NCBI GenBank assembly: GCA_951406725.2 | Contig: OX597833.1 | Span: 24,676,001 to 24,740,000 of the forward strand | DNA: 64,000 nucleotides | Direction: 5' to 3' | Source: Octopus vulgaris | Lineage: Eukaryota | In this document: positions 1 through 13,559 of the stretch, one piece after another | How positions within the stretch are numbered: position 1 is the first letter of the stretch | How the letters are laid out: every line of letters begins with the position of its first letter | Position numbers and translations under genes: made by a program | The notes under the pieces: generated by a model | Told to the model about the DNA's origin: nothing | Seen by the model: the letters and a program-made list of their open reading frames with translations, nothing else | The model's database searches: none

Positions 1-540
1 TTGATGCTGGGTAACAGATGATATTCAGATGGAGTCAAATCAGGAGAATGGGAAGGATGATCAACAGGTTCAAAGCCACAGTCATGCACAGTAACCATTG
101 AAACCAAGGACTTGCGTACTGGAGTATTGTCCTGATGAAACAAGACCTCTTTCGTTAGTTTTTCTGGGCGTTTGGTCTTCATAATCTTTGGTAACTGCCT
201 CAGAAGTTGACTTAGCACTCTCCATGATGGTGTCGCCCGTCTGACGATAGTCAATAAACACGAGGCCTTTTGCATCCAAATAACTGAAACCGTCACCTTC
301 CCTGTACGAGAAACGACGTTGGCCTTCGTTGGAGAAGGTGAGGAGGGGTGTTTTCACTGCATGGATTTTCTTTTTGTCGCTGGATTAAAGTGATGGAACC
401 AACACTCATCCTGTGGCATGAAACGGTCATGGAAACCAGCTGGATCTACCTAATACAAAGCCAGATTTTTCTGTGATATGATCGGCTTGGTGCGCTTTTT
501 ATCAAGTGTCAGAAGATGTGACAACCACTGAGAAAAATCA
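1..540 (-). pseudogene. Mariner transposase fragment (catalytic region), frameshifted, runs off window start
   Basis: Minus-strand frames give QDECWFHHF, KVTVSVIWDAKGLVFIDY, HQDNTPVRKS and HPSHSPDLTPSEYHL (the mariner YSPDLAPSDYHLF motif), with stops and frameshifts. Confidence 0.85.
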
Positions 541-542
541 TC

Positions 543-613
543 GTCATGTCAGCCGACAAGAATGTATCGTAGCTCTTAGCTCCGACATTCGAAAATCCGA
601 GTACTATAATGAC
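543..613 (+). ncRNA. Degenerate type I hammerhead-like motif in a short repeat family (relatives at ~8575-8695 + and ~18265-18325 -)
   Basis: gtcat..ag CCGACAA gaatgt[loop]acattc GAAA atccgag TA ct..atgac; perfect 6-bp helix II; core differs from CUGACGA at 2 positions. Confidence 0.5.
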
Positions 614-704
614 AACCTTTTACTGTTTGTTCTAAATTATAACATATATAAATACTCCTTTATTTCTAACATTGAGATCTCATTCTTTTGTTGTTACTTT
701 TTAT

Positions 705-787
<83 letters not shown>

Positions 788-792
<5 letters not shown>

Positions 793-1084
793 CGCGACCG
801 ACCAGGCTTTCAGATGTTGCTACACATCGTTGGTCACAATGCGTTTCGCATTGCTTTAGCATTCAAATGACGCCACCCCGCTGGCTAAGCGAGCAGGCCA
901 ACCGAAGAAAGAGCGACAGAAAGTTGTAGCGAAAGAGTACAGCAGGGATCGCCACCGTGCTGGAGCCTCGTGGAACTTTAGGTGTTTTCGCTCAATAAAC
1001 ACTCACAACAACCGGTCTGGGAATCGAAACCGCGATCCTACAACCGCGAGTCCGCTGTCCTAACCACTGGGCCATTGCGCCTCC
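788..1084 (-). mobile_element. tRNA-derived SINE family A (octopus OR-like)
   Basis: Reverse complement starts ggcgcaatggcccagtggttagg (A box) ... ggtttcgattccc (B box); second copy at 47251-47541 (+). Confidence 0.85.
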
Positions 1085-1100
1085 ACACACATATATATGT

Positions 1101-1166
<66 letters not shown>

Positions 1167-1167
1167 C

Positions 1168-1563
1168 TTTTACTCTTTTATTTGTTTCAGTCATTTGACT
1201 GCGGCCATGCTGGAGCACCACCTTTAGTCGAGCAAATCGACACCGGGACTTATTCTTTGTAAGCCCAGTACTTATTCTATCGGTCTATTTTGCCGAACCG
1301 CTAAGAGACGGGGACGTAAACACACCAGCATCGGTTGTCAAGCAATGCTAGGGGGACAAAAACAGACACACAAACACACACTTATATATATATACATATA
1401 TACGACAGGCTTTTTTCAGTTTCCGTCTGCCAAATCCACTCACAAGGCATTGGTCGGCCCGGGGCTATAGCAGAAGACACTTGCCCAAGATGCCACGCAG
1501 TGGGACTGAACCCGGAACCATGTGGTTGGTTAGCAAGCTACTTACCACACAGCCACTCCTGCG

Positions 1564-1566
<3 letters not shown>
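1168..1566 (-). mobile_element. tRNA-derived SINE family B, full length
   Basis: Head aggcgcaggagtggctgtgtggtaag...gggttcagtccc, central ttgggcaagtg, internal microsatellite, (gtaaaaga)n tail; more than 12 copies in the window. Confidence 0.9.
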
Positions 1567-1637
<71 letters not shown>

Positions 1638-1652
1638 TGTGTATGTGTGTGT

Positions 1653-1900
1653 GAAGGCACATGGTTAGGGCGTCGCATTCACGATTGCGAGATCATGGGT
1701 TCGATTCCAAGACCGCGCGTTGCGTCGTGTTCTTGAGCAAAGCACTTTATTTAACGTTGTTCTCCGATCATTTCGTCATCTGACAAGTGACAAATGGTGC
1801 ACCTGTGCAGGTAATGTCGATTTGGTTGAGGGAGTGAGCTTATGTGAGCACAAACATTTGACCACTATAAACAAATCATCTGTATGGTTGTTCGGCCACT
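1653..1900 (+). mobile_element. tRNA-derived SINE family C, diverged
   Basis: gaaggcacatgg...gggttcgattcc...gttcttgagcaaagcacttta; head homologous to 45897-46241 (-). Confidence 0.7.
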
Positions 1901-3277
1901 AAGGGCTACATGAAGGATAATACATGACAGACAAGCTGAGGCCGTACGTAGGTACGGCAACAAAGAGAAAAGATCGAATGAATTAAAAAAGGTGGTGTAT
2001 TAAATTTTTTTAATATTACGACAAAATGGGAATGACAAAATGTAGTGTTGGACGTGGACACCCCACAAGCCACGAGCTACACTTCTCTCATGAGTGAGAC
2101 TTAGGGGTTCGCGCTCAATTTAAACACATCCATACGCAACAGGCATGGCACTTGCATCCAACTAGTCTCATATATCCGCGGTGGCAGTCATTCCCTATCT
2201 AGCCTTAGTTTCCTTTTCAGGTGGTAGATGAAATAATTGGATAAACCAATGCCAGAGAGAAAGTTGCCTGTCCTCAAACATTTCACTCGCGCCAACCGCA
2301 AACCTCTTTCATTATAGCCACCAAGCAGAGAAAAGTTGCCTGCCTGTCTCGGTTAAAGGAGGGTGGTGAGAAAATCTTGATGATGGACTTAGTTGATAAC
2401 TGTGCTCCTCACAGATATGACAGCAGGTGTTCGACATAAACCCAGAGGCCCGAATTTAACGGAGACCGTACGATTGCCGAACCCTCATACGTCGTCTAAC
2501 GACGGGAGAGTACATAATGATGATGATGATGATCGTGATGATATATATATATATATATATATATATAATTCAACTGTGTGTATGTGTGTGTATTTGTGTG
2601 TGTGTCTGTGTGTTTAACTTCCCGGCACATCTCCTCCTAGCCAACAAATCGTAGAACCACCAAAAATGGGTCACTTAAAGTTTAGGCGAATGAAAATTGA
2701 ACTGCGCTATTTCTGTTCCGAAATTCATCTCGCAAGCGCAAAAGTCGATAATGTGTTTGTCTAGGCCTTATCCCATGCATTGAATAGAGAACTTTACTCA
2801 GTCAGCTATTTGACGTGAACTGTGTTCACCACGCGTGCAAGCATGCGTAAATTGCATGAAAAATAAAAAATCAAGATATAAAAACGAATTGCCGTAAACA
2901 TTGTAGAAATTCGGCAAAGAAATGAATTTTCAGGATGTAGCCTGGAGGGTTTTTTCGTATTAATCGTTTGGACTTTGTGAACACATACCAATTGTTTTCG
3001 TAACATTTTTAACGCTTTGAATTAAATGTGACCATTTTGCGTTGAGTCTGCAGTTTGAATCACTTTAACCAAATTTTAGCAGGCCGGATTTTTGATCATC
3101 CCGATACATCGCCAGCGACTCCCTGAAACTCTCCCCTGAAATCCCCGTTGAGAAATCTATATATATAAAACTCAACGTGTGTGTCTGTGTGTATATCTGT
3201 GTGTGTGTGTGTCTGCGTGTTTAACTTTTGGATCTACCAAGTTTCATTATTAAGGATGGAAAGTAGTGTGTAGCAAA

Positions 3278-3666
3278 TCTATATATATAAAGCTGAAGTT
3301 GTCTGTGTGTGGCAGGTTTGGTAGCCTTCAACTAACACTATCTCCTTCGAGACCCTGCGGCGCAAGTTGACCAAAATTGAGAGTATGATAGAAGAAGGCT
3401 TGCTCTTCATTTTGTAGAAGATAAAATTCAAATCGGACCATGTTAACACCAAACATTATTTACCTCAAAAAGGTGCTTTTTTTCTATGAAAATCCCTATT
3501 TTTTACGATTTTTGACTGCTGTGTCACCTTTTTTCGGTGTATTTCAACTGGAAAAATGTTTACTTGAAGAGAATAACAAGTTGCATAATGCAAAATTTTT
3601 ACTTTTCAAAAATTCTAATTCTAAAGGGTCGAAACAAACCCAAGCAACACCGGGTGATACTGCTAG
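3278..3666 (+). mobile_element. Non-autonomous Helitron
   Basis: 5' TC (tctatatatataaag), 3' CTAG, inserted between A and T, subterminal GC-rich cccaagcaacaccggg motif; same 3' end as 18328-18722; another Helitron-like 5' end at 3156. Confidence 0.75.
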
Positions 3667-5401
3667 TATATATATATATAGGCATGTGTAGATAGAAACT
3701 AAACTCTTGAACACAGCCGCAATAGACAGAGAAAATTTGTGACAGAATATCACGATGACATCACTATCATGTCAGTTTATGGGGATTTATGATTGCCTCA
3801 GATGTTGAAAGCCAAAGAAAGTAAACTTTAGAATTGTTGTTCAGTTTTAAATGAACTGTCCATCTCTTGTATGTAATTTTCATTGTTTTATACAGAGCCG
3901 ATAATTTATAATTTTTCGATAGCATGTACAGCCGTTCGAAATTTGATTAATTTCTTAGAGTTAAACAGGCAAACGGAGTGAATAAAGCATCTCTGAAAAA
4001 TAATCCACGTCTTGTTTAAGGGTTTACGGATGCTTTGTTTAATCTTTTCTTTATCTTTCAGTTTATTTAAGTTCTTCATTTTAAGATAGAATGGATGATA
4101 TACTGGCTTAGTATTGGGACAACTTTGTTTATATACAATCTCTCCAACAGCCGAGGGCGTTGTATGATATCGATGGCTTTTCAGTAATCAATATATACCA
4201 TACAGAGAATTTTGTCTTCTCTAACTGCTCGGTTTACCATTTGTGTGTTTTAGTACTTAGGAATTAATATTGTTTTTTTTCTCTCTTGTAACCAATTGGA
4301 TGCTGATTCTGGTCCCTATAGTAAATTAAAGACTGCTGCTGATATAGCACCATCATGTGCTGGTTAAATAGCTGAAGCAGAAATCGGGAGCTTTATCAAT
4401 CCCAGGAGCTTTTCAGATACAAGTAGTCAGGATTTCCTTGTCAAATTCCCCAATAAATAAGATGGGCGATGCTTGTGAATTTTATTGTTTTTTTTCTCCG
4501 TCTCTATTTTTTCGTCCATTGAGCATCATTATCCTGTTGTATATTTTCATTTATATACTTTCTCACTAAGTTTAAATCTCTGTTGTATTTCTTCGCTGTG
4601 ATGCTTTTCTTTTTCTTTTTCTTATAGATATCATTGTAGAATGTTTTATTATTTATTTTAAATGCGTGATTCTGATAGCAAAAAATGCTCACATTTCTGA
4701 GTCTTTTTGCCTGGAACAGTGGTTTCAGTTTTTTCTTTATTTTCAGCATCTATTCTATTTTCATATTATGTTTTCTTAATATTTGTCTAGTTTGTTTGTC
4801 TTCTCATACTAAACCTCTATCTGTTTATTTCCATATCTTAAGATAGGTTTGATCTATTTTTTGTTGATATTATAATGATTATTTTCTTTCGCCTATTGTT
4901 TGATGGGTGTGGGTGAGAAGTAATTTATTCTTTTACGAACAAACCCACATATTGTTGTATATCCTAAACAAATTATATCTTTTTGTGCAGTGCTGTTCGA
5001 GGTTGCTTACGTACAAACAAATATCTTCTTGTTTAGTTCTAGATAGTGCATATTTATACGCAAAATTGTTCCAACGCCGACCATGCCATCTCTATTTAAA
5101 CACCCTACATCTCAGGCAGCCTTATTCATTTTACTCTGCATTGGTTAAAATGTCAGGGTATGTCGATGGAGGTTATGCTGTTATTTCTATGAAGATGAGG
5201 AATCAGATTCAGCTTGCTCTTGATAGCTCACAGAGCCTGGTTGTGTTTTTTATATTAGTTTTCGAGGAATATAATTGCTTATACGTAATTTAAAGATTGT
5301 TTCTATTGATCTCGGATGATTGATTTTTAAATCACACATATAAAATTTACTTTATATGCATAAATGCATATATACATACGTATTTACATAATATATGCAT
5401 T

Positions 5402-5640
5402 TGTGGTAATCCTGGTGAGCAGAGTGGAATGGGATCTATAAGATTCTTTGGTTGCCTTCGGATGTTGTTTATCCCTACAGTTCGAATTTTCTCGTTGTTG
5501 TATTTTATTGTTTCCATTGTATTGCCCTAAATTATTTTGCTGCCCTTGTAATCAATAAAATGATTGTTATTAAATTAGTCGAGTACATTCTGAGGATCAC
5601 CCCACCACACACAGGTTTCCTCTGTCTGGCGAAAGCGAAG
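5402..5640 (+). mobile_element. Possible LTR remnant
   Basis: TGTGG...CCACA termini (5402-5609), AATAAA inside, PBS-like tggcg shortly downstream; no second LTR seen. Confidence 0.25.
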
Positions 5641-6128
5641 GTGTGGTTGACGAGGTCCGAAGAAAAAAAAGAATAATAAATTGAGGAAATACACCTTTTC
5701 CTTTGGTTAAGCCCTCATTAACCTCTTTTAAAGTTCTAATTGAAAAGAAAAGGGATAATGGGAAGAAAAGTGCTCTCCCAGTAAATTTATGGGAAGGCGG
5801 GTGACGTTTTCAAAAATGTAAAAGGTGAATGGACCTGCTGCAAGCATATGCATGTTTACTGGAGAACAACAGTTGAGGGTTCGTACTTTTGGTGGTCAGG
5901 GTAACCGTGGATATCTGGAGCTCCTTGACTGGCTCTTCTTTGAGGTTCTCTCGAATAAGAACAGTAGCCTTTATCTGTTGACATATTTTGTATACTCTTC
6001 ATATAATTGTTATCCCATTTCACTGTTTTTCCTTTCTTTCCCCTCATATTTTAAGTAGCCTCCACACAAATTGTAGACTATCCTTATGATGTCCTCCTTA
6101 TCTATATATAACTGTAACATATAAAGAC

Positions 6129-6185
<57 letters not shown>
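6129..6185. repeat. (TAA)n microsatellite
   Basis: Direct reading. Confidence 0.95.
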
Positions 6186-6187
<2 letters not shown>

Positions 6188-6235
6188 TAGTCTTCATTAT
6201 TGTTGTTGTTTTTGATGATGTTGGCTTTGTTAAGC

Positions 6236-6400
6236 CGGTGAGCTGGCAGAATCATTAGTAGACCGGACACATGCTTAGCGGCATTTCGTCCGTCTTTACA
6301 TTCTGAGTTCAACTTCCATCGAAGTCGAATTTGCTCTTCCTCTTTTCATGGTTGATAAAATAAGTACCTGTCAAGTACTTGGGTCGATGTAATCAATTTC
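6236..6400 (+). mobile_element. SINE family D (Nin-domain-like), diverged
   Basis: ggtgagctggcagaatc...ttctgagttcaa...gttgataaaataagtacc. Confidence 0.75.
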
Positions 6401-6799
6401 TTCTATTAAAAACTGCTTACACAGTGACAAAATTTAAAACCATTTACTATATTATCAAATATTCTGTTATGCTATGTACGACCTCAAGTGTGGCTACTAT
6501 TTCAAGCATGACAGATGATATAGCATTTATTCAACAAATTTGGCGTTCCACTACAATTCCAATCTGCTTTCCCCAACAGTGAGCCACAATATGTCATCCC
6601 TCACTGCAAGAAATAGTAACGAAATTTATTGTCTTAAAAATAGAAAATGAAGGGTACACTGGGTGATGTAGTCCAAGATAATCCGAATCAAAAGACTGGA
6701 GTAGAAAGTCTTTCATAACAATTCTTCTGAAACACGGCTGAGTATGGCCAAAAACGCAGGGAAAGATGAACAAGACCAAGAAGAACAACAAAAACAGCA

Positions 6800-6871
<72 letters not shown>

Positions 6872-6902
6872 GCTACTGCTGCTACAACTGCTACTACTGC
6901 TG

Positions 6903-6985
<83 letters not shown>
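6800..6985. repeat. (CTA)n microsatellite with CTG interruptions
   Basis: Direct reading; source of the poly-S/L/Y ORFs. Confidence 0.95.
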
Positions 6986-6988
<3 letters not shown>

Positions 6989-7078
6989 CCAGCCAGTGTA
7001 TATCTAACCTATAAATGACAAGACAGCGTTATGAAGAAATACGTATGTATATGTGTATGTATGTATATATGTGTATAC

Positions 7079-7205
<127 letters not shown>

Positions 7206-7632
7206 TATATATAAGTGTGTATATATGTACGTATAGTTATACAGACATATCATCATACACATATAGTATTGTTGGGTTGTAAAACGTAACAGGCTTCCGC
7301 AGAGAAAATGTATGGATTGTTTTGTTGTAACACTTAAACAGGGGGCTGGTTAACTAAAGCTGGAATCAGTTGTTGTTGATGTTATTTTCCTTTTCTTTTC
7401 GTATTGCTTTTGTCTTTGGTCACAGGTTTTACATAAATCAAAGGGTGACTATGGCAGTTTGAATAAAACAAACTTCACCATCTCCTATATATTTTGTATT
7501 CAGCATGCCGCAAAATACCCGAAAGTATTGTTGTAACAGTATCATTTACACCAGATTTAGTTAAAAGTAGGAAAGCTCTAGAATTCGCCACTCACAATAT
7601 ATCATGTGAGTTTATGTATATGTGTGCGCACC

Positions 7633-7704
<72 letters not shown>

Positions 7705-7737
7705 ATATATATATGTATGCATGTATGTATGTGTCTG

Positions 7738-7789
<52 letters not shown>

Positions 7790-7812
7790 TACACATATAC
7801 ATATATATATCT

Positions 7813-8130
7813 ATTCTTTTATTCTTTTACTTGCTTTAGTCATTTGACTGCGGGCATGCTAGAGCACCGCCTTTTTAGTCGAACAAATCGACCCCAGAAC
7901 TTATTCTTTGTAAGCCTAGTACTTATTGTATCAGTCTCCTTTGCCAAACCGCTATGTTGCTGGGACGCAAACACACCAATATTGGGTTTCAAGTGATGGT
8001 ATGGGGGGGGGGACAAACAAATACACAATCACGCACACAGACACACAAACAGACACACACTCACTCACACACAGACAGACACACATACAGACACAGACAC
8101 ACACACATATGATACACTTCTTTCAGTTTA
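7813..8130 (-). mobile_element. SINE family B, head-truncated
   Basis: gtcatttgactgcgggcatgctagagcaccgcc...taagcctagtacttatt matches 1168-1566. Confidence 0.8.
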
Positions 8131-8833
8131 AAAAGCACCTAATACACTCTGTGAAGTGGTTGACATTAGAAAAGGCATACAACTCTATAAACCATAAAAA
8201 GTAGGTACTGGAGCATATATTAAGTGTCATCTTCATAATTTTCTCGATTTTTGAGTTGTTTTATTTGTTAGTTTACTTGTTTCTGACGTTCTTGTTTCGC
8301 AGAATCGTTGTTGCAGAATCTCTGCTGTTTTTATTTCAACCAAATCCTGACACTGATCAAGAACAATTTGAGCCAGACAACTCTGAGACAGCATGTGAGT
8401 CTCTACACGTATGCTTTACTTGTTAAACATAATATATAAATTGACTCCTTATCATCTTAAAAAGGAAAGGCGCTTTGACTATTGTAGATTCAGATATATA
8501 AAAAGGTAGGAGGAACGTTAAGTAGAATTACCCTACGGACTAAACACATCCACTACCACCCAAATCTTTTAGCTCCAGCATTTGAAACTCTGAGTTTTCG
8601 CATGACAACTTACTGATTGTTCTATACTATATATAAATTCCTCTATTTACATAATATCGAGATCTCATTCTTTTGTTGTCATTTTATTATTAGTAATATA
8701 TATATTTGATTTCAAATGATGGTATGGAGGACAAACAAATACACAATCACGCACACAGACACACACACACGCATACTCATAGACATACAGACATATATGT
8801 ATATATATATATATATATATACATGCATATATA

Positions 8834-10121
8834 TCAGGTCTTCCCATACGTTCTGTCCAAATTTTGAATAAAGAAACTAGTGATCAAATGTTATATTTAA
8901 TTGAAATTGAATCATCAATGTACTTTCACTGATTATCTATGACTTCCTTCCATGTATTTACAAGCTTTTTAATCCCATCAATGTAAAGCTCTTTTCGTTT
9001 CAAAAGGAAGAACTCTGAATTGTCAGTTTCGACCTCCTCCTGGCTTGCAAAATTTATGTCCCACAAATGATTCTGTAAACTACGAAACAAATGGTAATCT
9101 GAAGGAGCAAGATCGGGAGAATAAGGTGGGTGAGGAATTTTTTCCCAACCAAGCTCTTCGATCTTTTGTGATGTGATCTTCGCAGTGTGGGGTCACGCAA
9201 TGTCCTGATGAAACTTCACTCCTTTTCGATTCTCGAAAGCGGGTCTTTTTTTCTTCAAAGCTTAGTTCAAACGCTCTAATTGCTGACAGTAGACTTGAAC
9301 ATTGATTGTTGCATTGGGTGGTAACAGTTCAAAGGAAATTACTCTTTGCAATCACACCAGATAGGGAGAAGAATCTTTTTTTCCATGAAGTTCCCTTCTC
9401 GGTTGTGGTTGAGCATTTTCCCTTTTACCAAGCCACTGTTTACGACGTTTAACATTTCGATAGATGATCCATTTTTCGTCACCAGTCACAAGTCTATCCA
9501 AAAAGGGTGAAATGAGTTCGTGAGAATGGAGAGAAGAGCAGATGTCAAATCGGGATTTGCGGTTGCATTCAGACAATTCATGAGGCACCCATTTTTCAAG
9601 TTTAGGAATATTTCCAAGTTGTTGAAGTTGTATGGTTGAACAGTTGTATGGTTTGAACTAAGCTTTATTGCCAATTCGTCAACTGATAATGCAGGATTTT
9701 CTTCAAGCAATCCTCAAGGAGCTTATCATCAAACTCAACTGGACGTCCTGTCCGATCTTCATCTTCAAGACTGAAATCTCCACTTCTGAATTTTGCAAAC
9801 CATCTTCTGCAAGTTCTTTCATTCAAGCATTCTTTCCCATAAACTGAGTGTATGTTTCGAGTCGCTTCGGCTGCAGAGTTTCCTTTTTTGAACTCATAAA
9901 GCATTATGTGCCTTAAATGCTCTTTGGATACTTCCATGTTAGAAAGGGTTTTAATCAAAGAAAATTTAATTCTCTTATTCTGTAAAATAATATTTAATTA
10001 GTTTAAATGTACACAAACGCAGAAAAATAATTTTTAATTCCATTAGACATTCTAAAATACTATTAAATTTCATTCAAACTTAAAAAGGGTAAAATCGGAC
10101 AAAACTTATGGGATGACCTGA
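8834..10121 (-). mobile_element. Full-length mariner transposon (1288 bp), inactive
   Basis: TIRs tcaggtcttcccatacgttctgtcc / ggacaaaacttatgggatgacctga, TA on both flanks. Confidence 0.92.
8900..9937 (-). pseudogene. Mariner DD34D transposase pseudogene (Hsmar1/cecropia-like)
   Basis: MEVSKEHLRHIMLYEFKKGNSAAEATRNI, WFAKFRSGDFSLEDEDRTGRP, PHEL, VTGDEKW, PYSPDLAPSDYHLF; split over several frames. Confidence 0.9.
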
Positions 10122-11036
10122 TATATTTATATATGTATATATGTACGTCTGTGTGCATGTGTGTGTGTGTGTGTGCGCCTATCTGTGCTGGTGTGTTTAT
10201 GTCCCCGGTTCGGCAAAAGTGACCAATAGAATAAGTGCGTGCCATGTTTTAAAAGTAAGCCCTGGTGGCGATTTATTCGATCCAAAATGTAACAAGTAAT
10301 GGTGGTGAAAGATTGTTTTCACCACTATCACTTGAAGCGAAATCGAAATGTAGATGGTGAAGCACCTTGTGTCACCAGAGGAGTCACTTGTGCGCTGTGC
10401 GTTACATCTGGTGCTATTTCATAGTTCCATGTCCACTAGGGAGCAGTGCAGTACGAATCTGAAACGATTGTTGTGCTAATAAATGCTTCTTATTTCTTTA
10501 CTGCCCACAAGGGGCTTATAAATGCTTCTTGTTACACTCCGTATTCTGTATTTATTTTTATAATATATCCTATGTGCACCTTGGAATTCTGGACGTAGAT
10601 CCAACAACGAACGCACAGTTTCGCTGATAACGCCTGGTGGCCATAAGTGGTGAATGTGCTCTGCAGACATTACCCGGGACTTACCCTGAATCTAAGTTTG
10701 GATACTGCTTTTAACGTCTACTTTCTAAACCTTAAATCGACAGTTTTGTTTAGAATGGAACAAAAATAAGGTTATATGCATAAATATACAATTAGTTTAA
10801 TAGATACACATTTGAAAGCGGTTTTGTTTCATTGGTCCTTTCAACTAACGGTCTTTTCCATAACCGGTTGCATGCAGTAATAAATTGCGGTTTAAAAGCA
10901 TATTATCATAAAAATCGAAGAAAACCTTAAATCAAAAATAGCTTATAAAGAAGGAAAAGGCCTGAAAACCCAGGGTAGATCATTAGCTGTAAAATATTAA
11001 TAAATTAATAAATTAAAAGATATAATCCGTTTAAAA

Positions 11037-11090
<54 letters not shown>

Positions 11091-12749
11091 TACTAAACAT
11101 ACAGATGCAGGTACATGGCTACATACATATACAGATATATATATATATATGCAAGACATTATATACAAAAGCATATAGATGTACGCACGCACACATACAC
11201 ACGCGCACAAAAAATCTGCTGGCGTATACTTATACAAGTCATTTGTTACAAGCGAAAGGAAGAGAAAGAAAAAAATCAGATAATAATAAGTAGAGGGAAG
11301 AAAGAAAACAGTGGAAAAGAAAAAAAAGAAATAAAAGACAGAAAAACAGAAGATTAGAGAGAAAGGGAAAAATAGATACGAGTAGAGAGTGTGAATTGAT
11401 GGCGTTCGAAAAGTATCTAAAGAAGATTAGATAATTCATTTAGCTTGCGAAACGAACGCATAAAAGCGCGCACATAAAATTACATGTATATCTACATAAA
11501 TACAAACATACATACAAACACATACACATATAGATACGTATACAAATATGCAAAAATATGTACGTAAATACATCATGCTCACATATTTAAAAGTATACAC
11601 ACACATATATATGTATATATGTATATGTAAATATATATATGCATATATATACATATATATACACATGTTCACACACGATATATACGCACACACATACATA
11701 CATATATATACACATACCTACAATACATACATACACAAAAATATATAGACATATCTTCACATCAAGATAAATATACACATCATAACGTACATACGCAAAT
11801 AATTTTAAAATTACTGTCTGGTGTATGTAATATTAAAATGTTAAAATAAGGAAATTGCACATTAATTTGATATAACATAATTAAATGCATGAGTAAACAA
11901 CAAAATAAAAATAAACCTCCACTAAGCTTAAGCTTAAATTTGTAAAACAGTCGAAGGCTTTCTTAAAAGTGAAGTCGCAATATGCACTAGCACTGCAAAG
12001 CAAAATAACTACAACGTGTAAATTCAAATTCAAATGCGACAGTCAAAATTTTCCAAAAGTCATAACATTTTACACATACGGTATTTTATCGTTTGACATT
12101 TTAAACCTCGCGGCGTACCTGCAGGAATTTAAGAGCTTGCGTCTCTGGTTCAAAGCATGTTTATCCTAGAACAGGATGAAGGACGTTTCTGAGATGCAAA
12201 GATTACATTTCATAGACCTTTTATCATCATACGGACATGGAGCTTGTAAATTGCTCGAATATCGCGCTTTGACAGCCCATTTCAGATAATTGTCACAACG
12301 ATTTCTTTATTACCCACAAGGGGCTAAACACTGAGGAACAAATACAAACATATAAGTAAGGACTCAACCTCCACCGTTGCGAATTCGTTGCGACAAACGA
12401 ATGGGAAAATGAAAATAATGAATAATGAAACGGAATGAAGCCACTCGACCTCACATCCGAGAGACTTCATTTACACTTTTTAAAACATTTTTTTACAAAC
12501 TTATAATTCAGATAGTTTAACTTAGGCGGCAACTTAGTCGCGTCCGCAGTCACGCCTATGTCCAATGTTTCTCACCCACAGTTTCCCTTTAAATCAAATC
12601 ACCTTTTTGGGTGGTGGTTGGGGAGCTTTGGGCACCTATCTGTGTTATTGTCTGTGTCATAAGGGACAGGGGTAGGATTGATGACTGCAGGGTGAGGGTA
12701 TAACAGCATGGGATCGGGTGGGAGTCGGCTGGGAGTCGAGTAGGGTGGT

Positions 12750-13080
12750 GATTCACATTTTTTCCTCAGACCTTTTCTAGTTTTCCACCTCTTAGCTTGT
12801 GTCCATTCCTGCTCTTCTTCCTTCCCAGGCTCTTCTTCGCTTATAGACGACTTAGCTAGAGGTGGAGGTGCTCATTTTTCTTTTTGTTCCTTTGCACTGG
12901 ATAGAGGGAATTCTGCTTTAATGTGGTCTTTTACCTTACATTTAAAATACCTAGGCCTCCTGCCCTCCACCATAGCTCTCAGCTTGATGTCGCCGTCGAC
13001 CGTGATGGTCTCCACTATCTTTTCTAGATCTTCCGGGGCGGCACTCTTGTCGACACTCTCATTTTAACAGCGCTTCCCCC
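12750..13080 (-). pseudogene. Decayed LINE ORF1/gag-like fragment with zinc knuckle remnant
   Basis: Minus strand reads EDLEKIVETITVDGDIKLRAMVEGRRPRYFKCKVKDHIKAEFP, a degenerate CX2CX4HX4C knuckle. Confidence 0.55.
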
Positions 13081-13384
13081 ATCAAACAAGGGGGACAGCG
13101 TTAACAGAACTACTGTAAGGCAACAGAAACAAGTGTCTTAAGACACAACAATTAATAACAAATACAACTTTGTCTAACCTTTCACACAAGCAAAATTCAC
13201 GATCAACTCAGAAACAGATTATTGTAACAAAGGTGAAAAAATATCAATGTTAAGTTATTGATGCATTCATGCTATCAGGAAATTGGAAAAAAAAAAATAA
13301 TAAAATGCTTAAAAAATTCAAAACGCCGCAAAAATCTTCTTGGTTCAAAACGTTGCTTATTTTTTACTGAACCTGATATATTTG

Positions 13385-13385
<1 letters not shown>

Positions 13386-13473
<88 letters not shown>

Positions 13474-13474
13474 A

Positions 13475-13558
<84 letters not shown>
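13386..13558. repeat. (ATCT)n microsatellite
   Basis: Direct reading. Confidence 0.95.

Positions 13559-13559
<1 letters not shown>

Noticed and set aside
1935-1960. Perfect 7-bp hairpin gccgtac-gtag-gtacggc after CTGAG
   Set aside because: Core incomplete; too short to interpret
4230-5330. Possible decayed LINE on the minus strand (Lys-rich ORF 4504-4749)
   Set aside because: No diagnostic RT or endonuclease motif could be read with confidence
6713-7014. Poly-Ser, poly-Leu and poly-Tyr ORFs; CTA->CTG interruptions that look like A->G editing
   Set aside because: A trinucleotide microsatellite; interruptions spread by slippage and no complementary partner is visible
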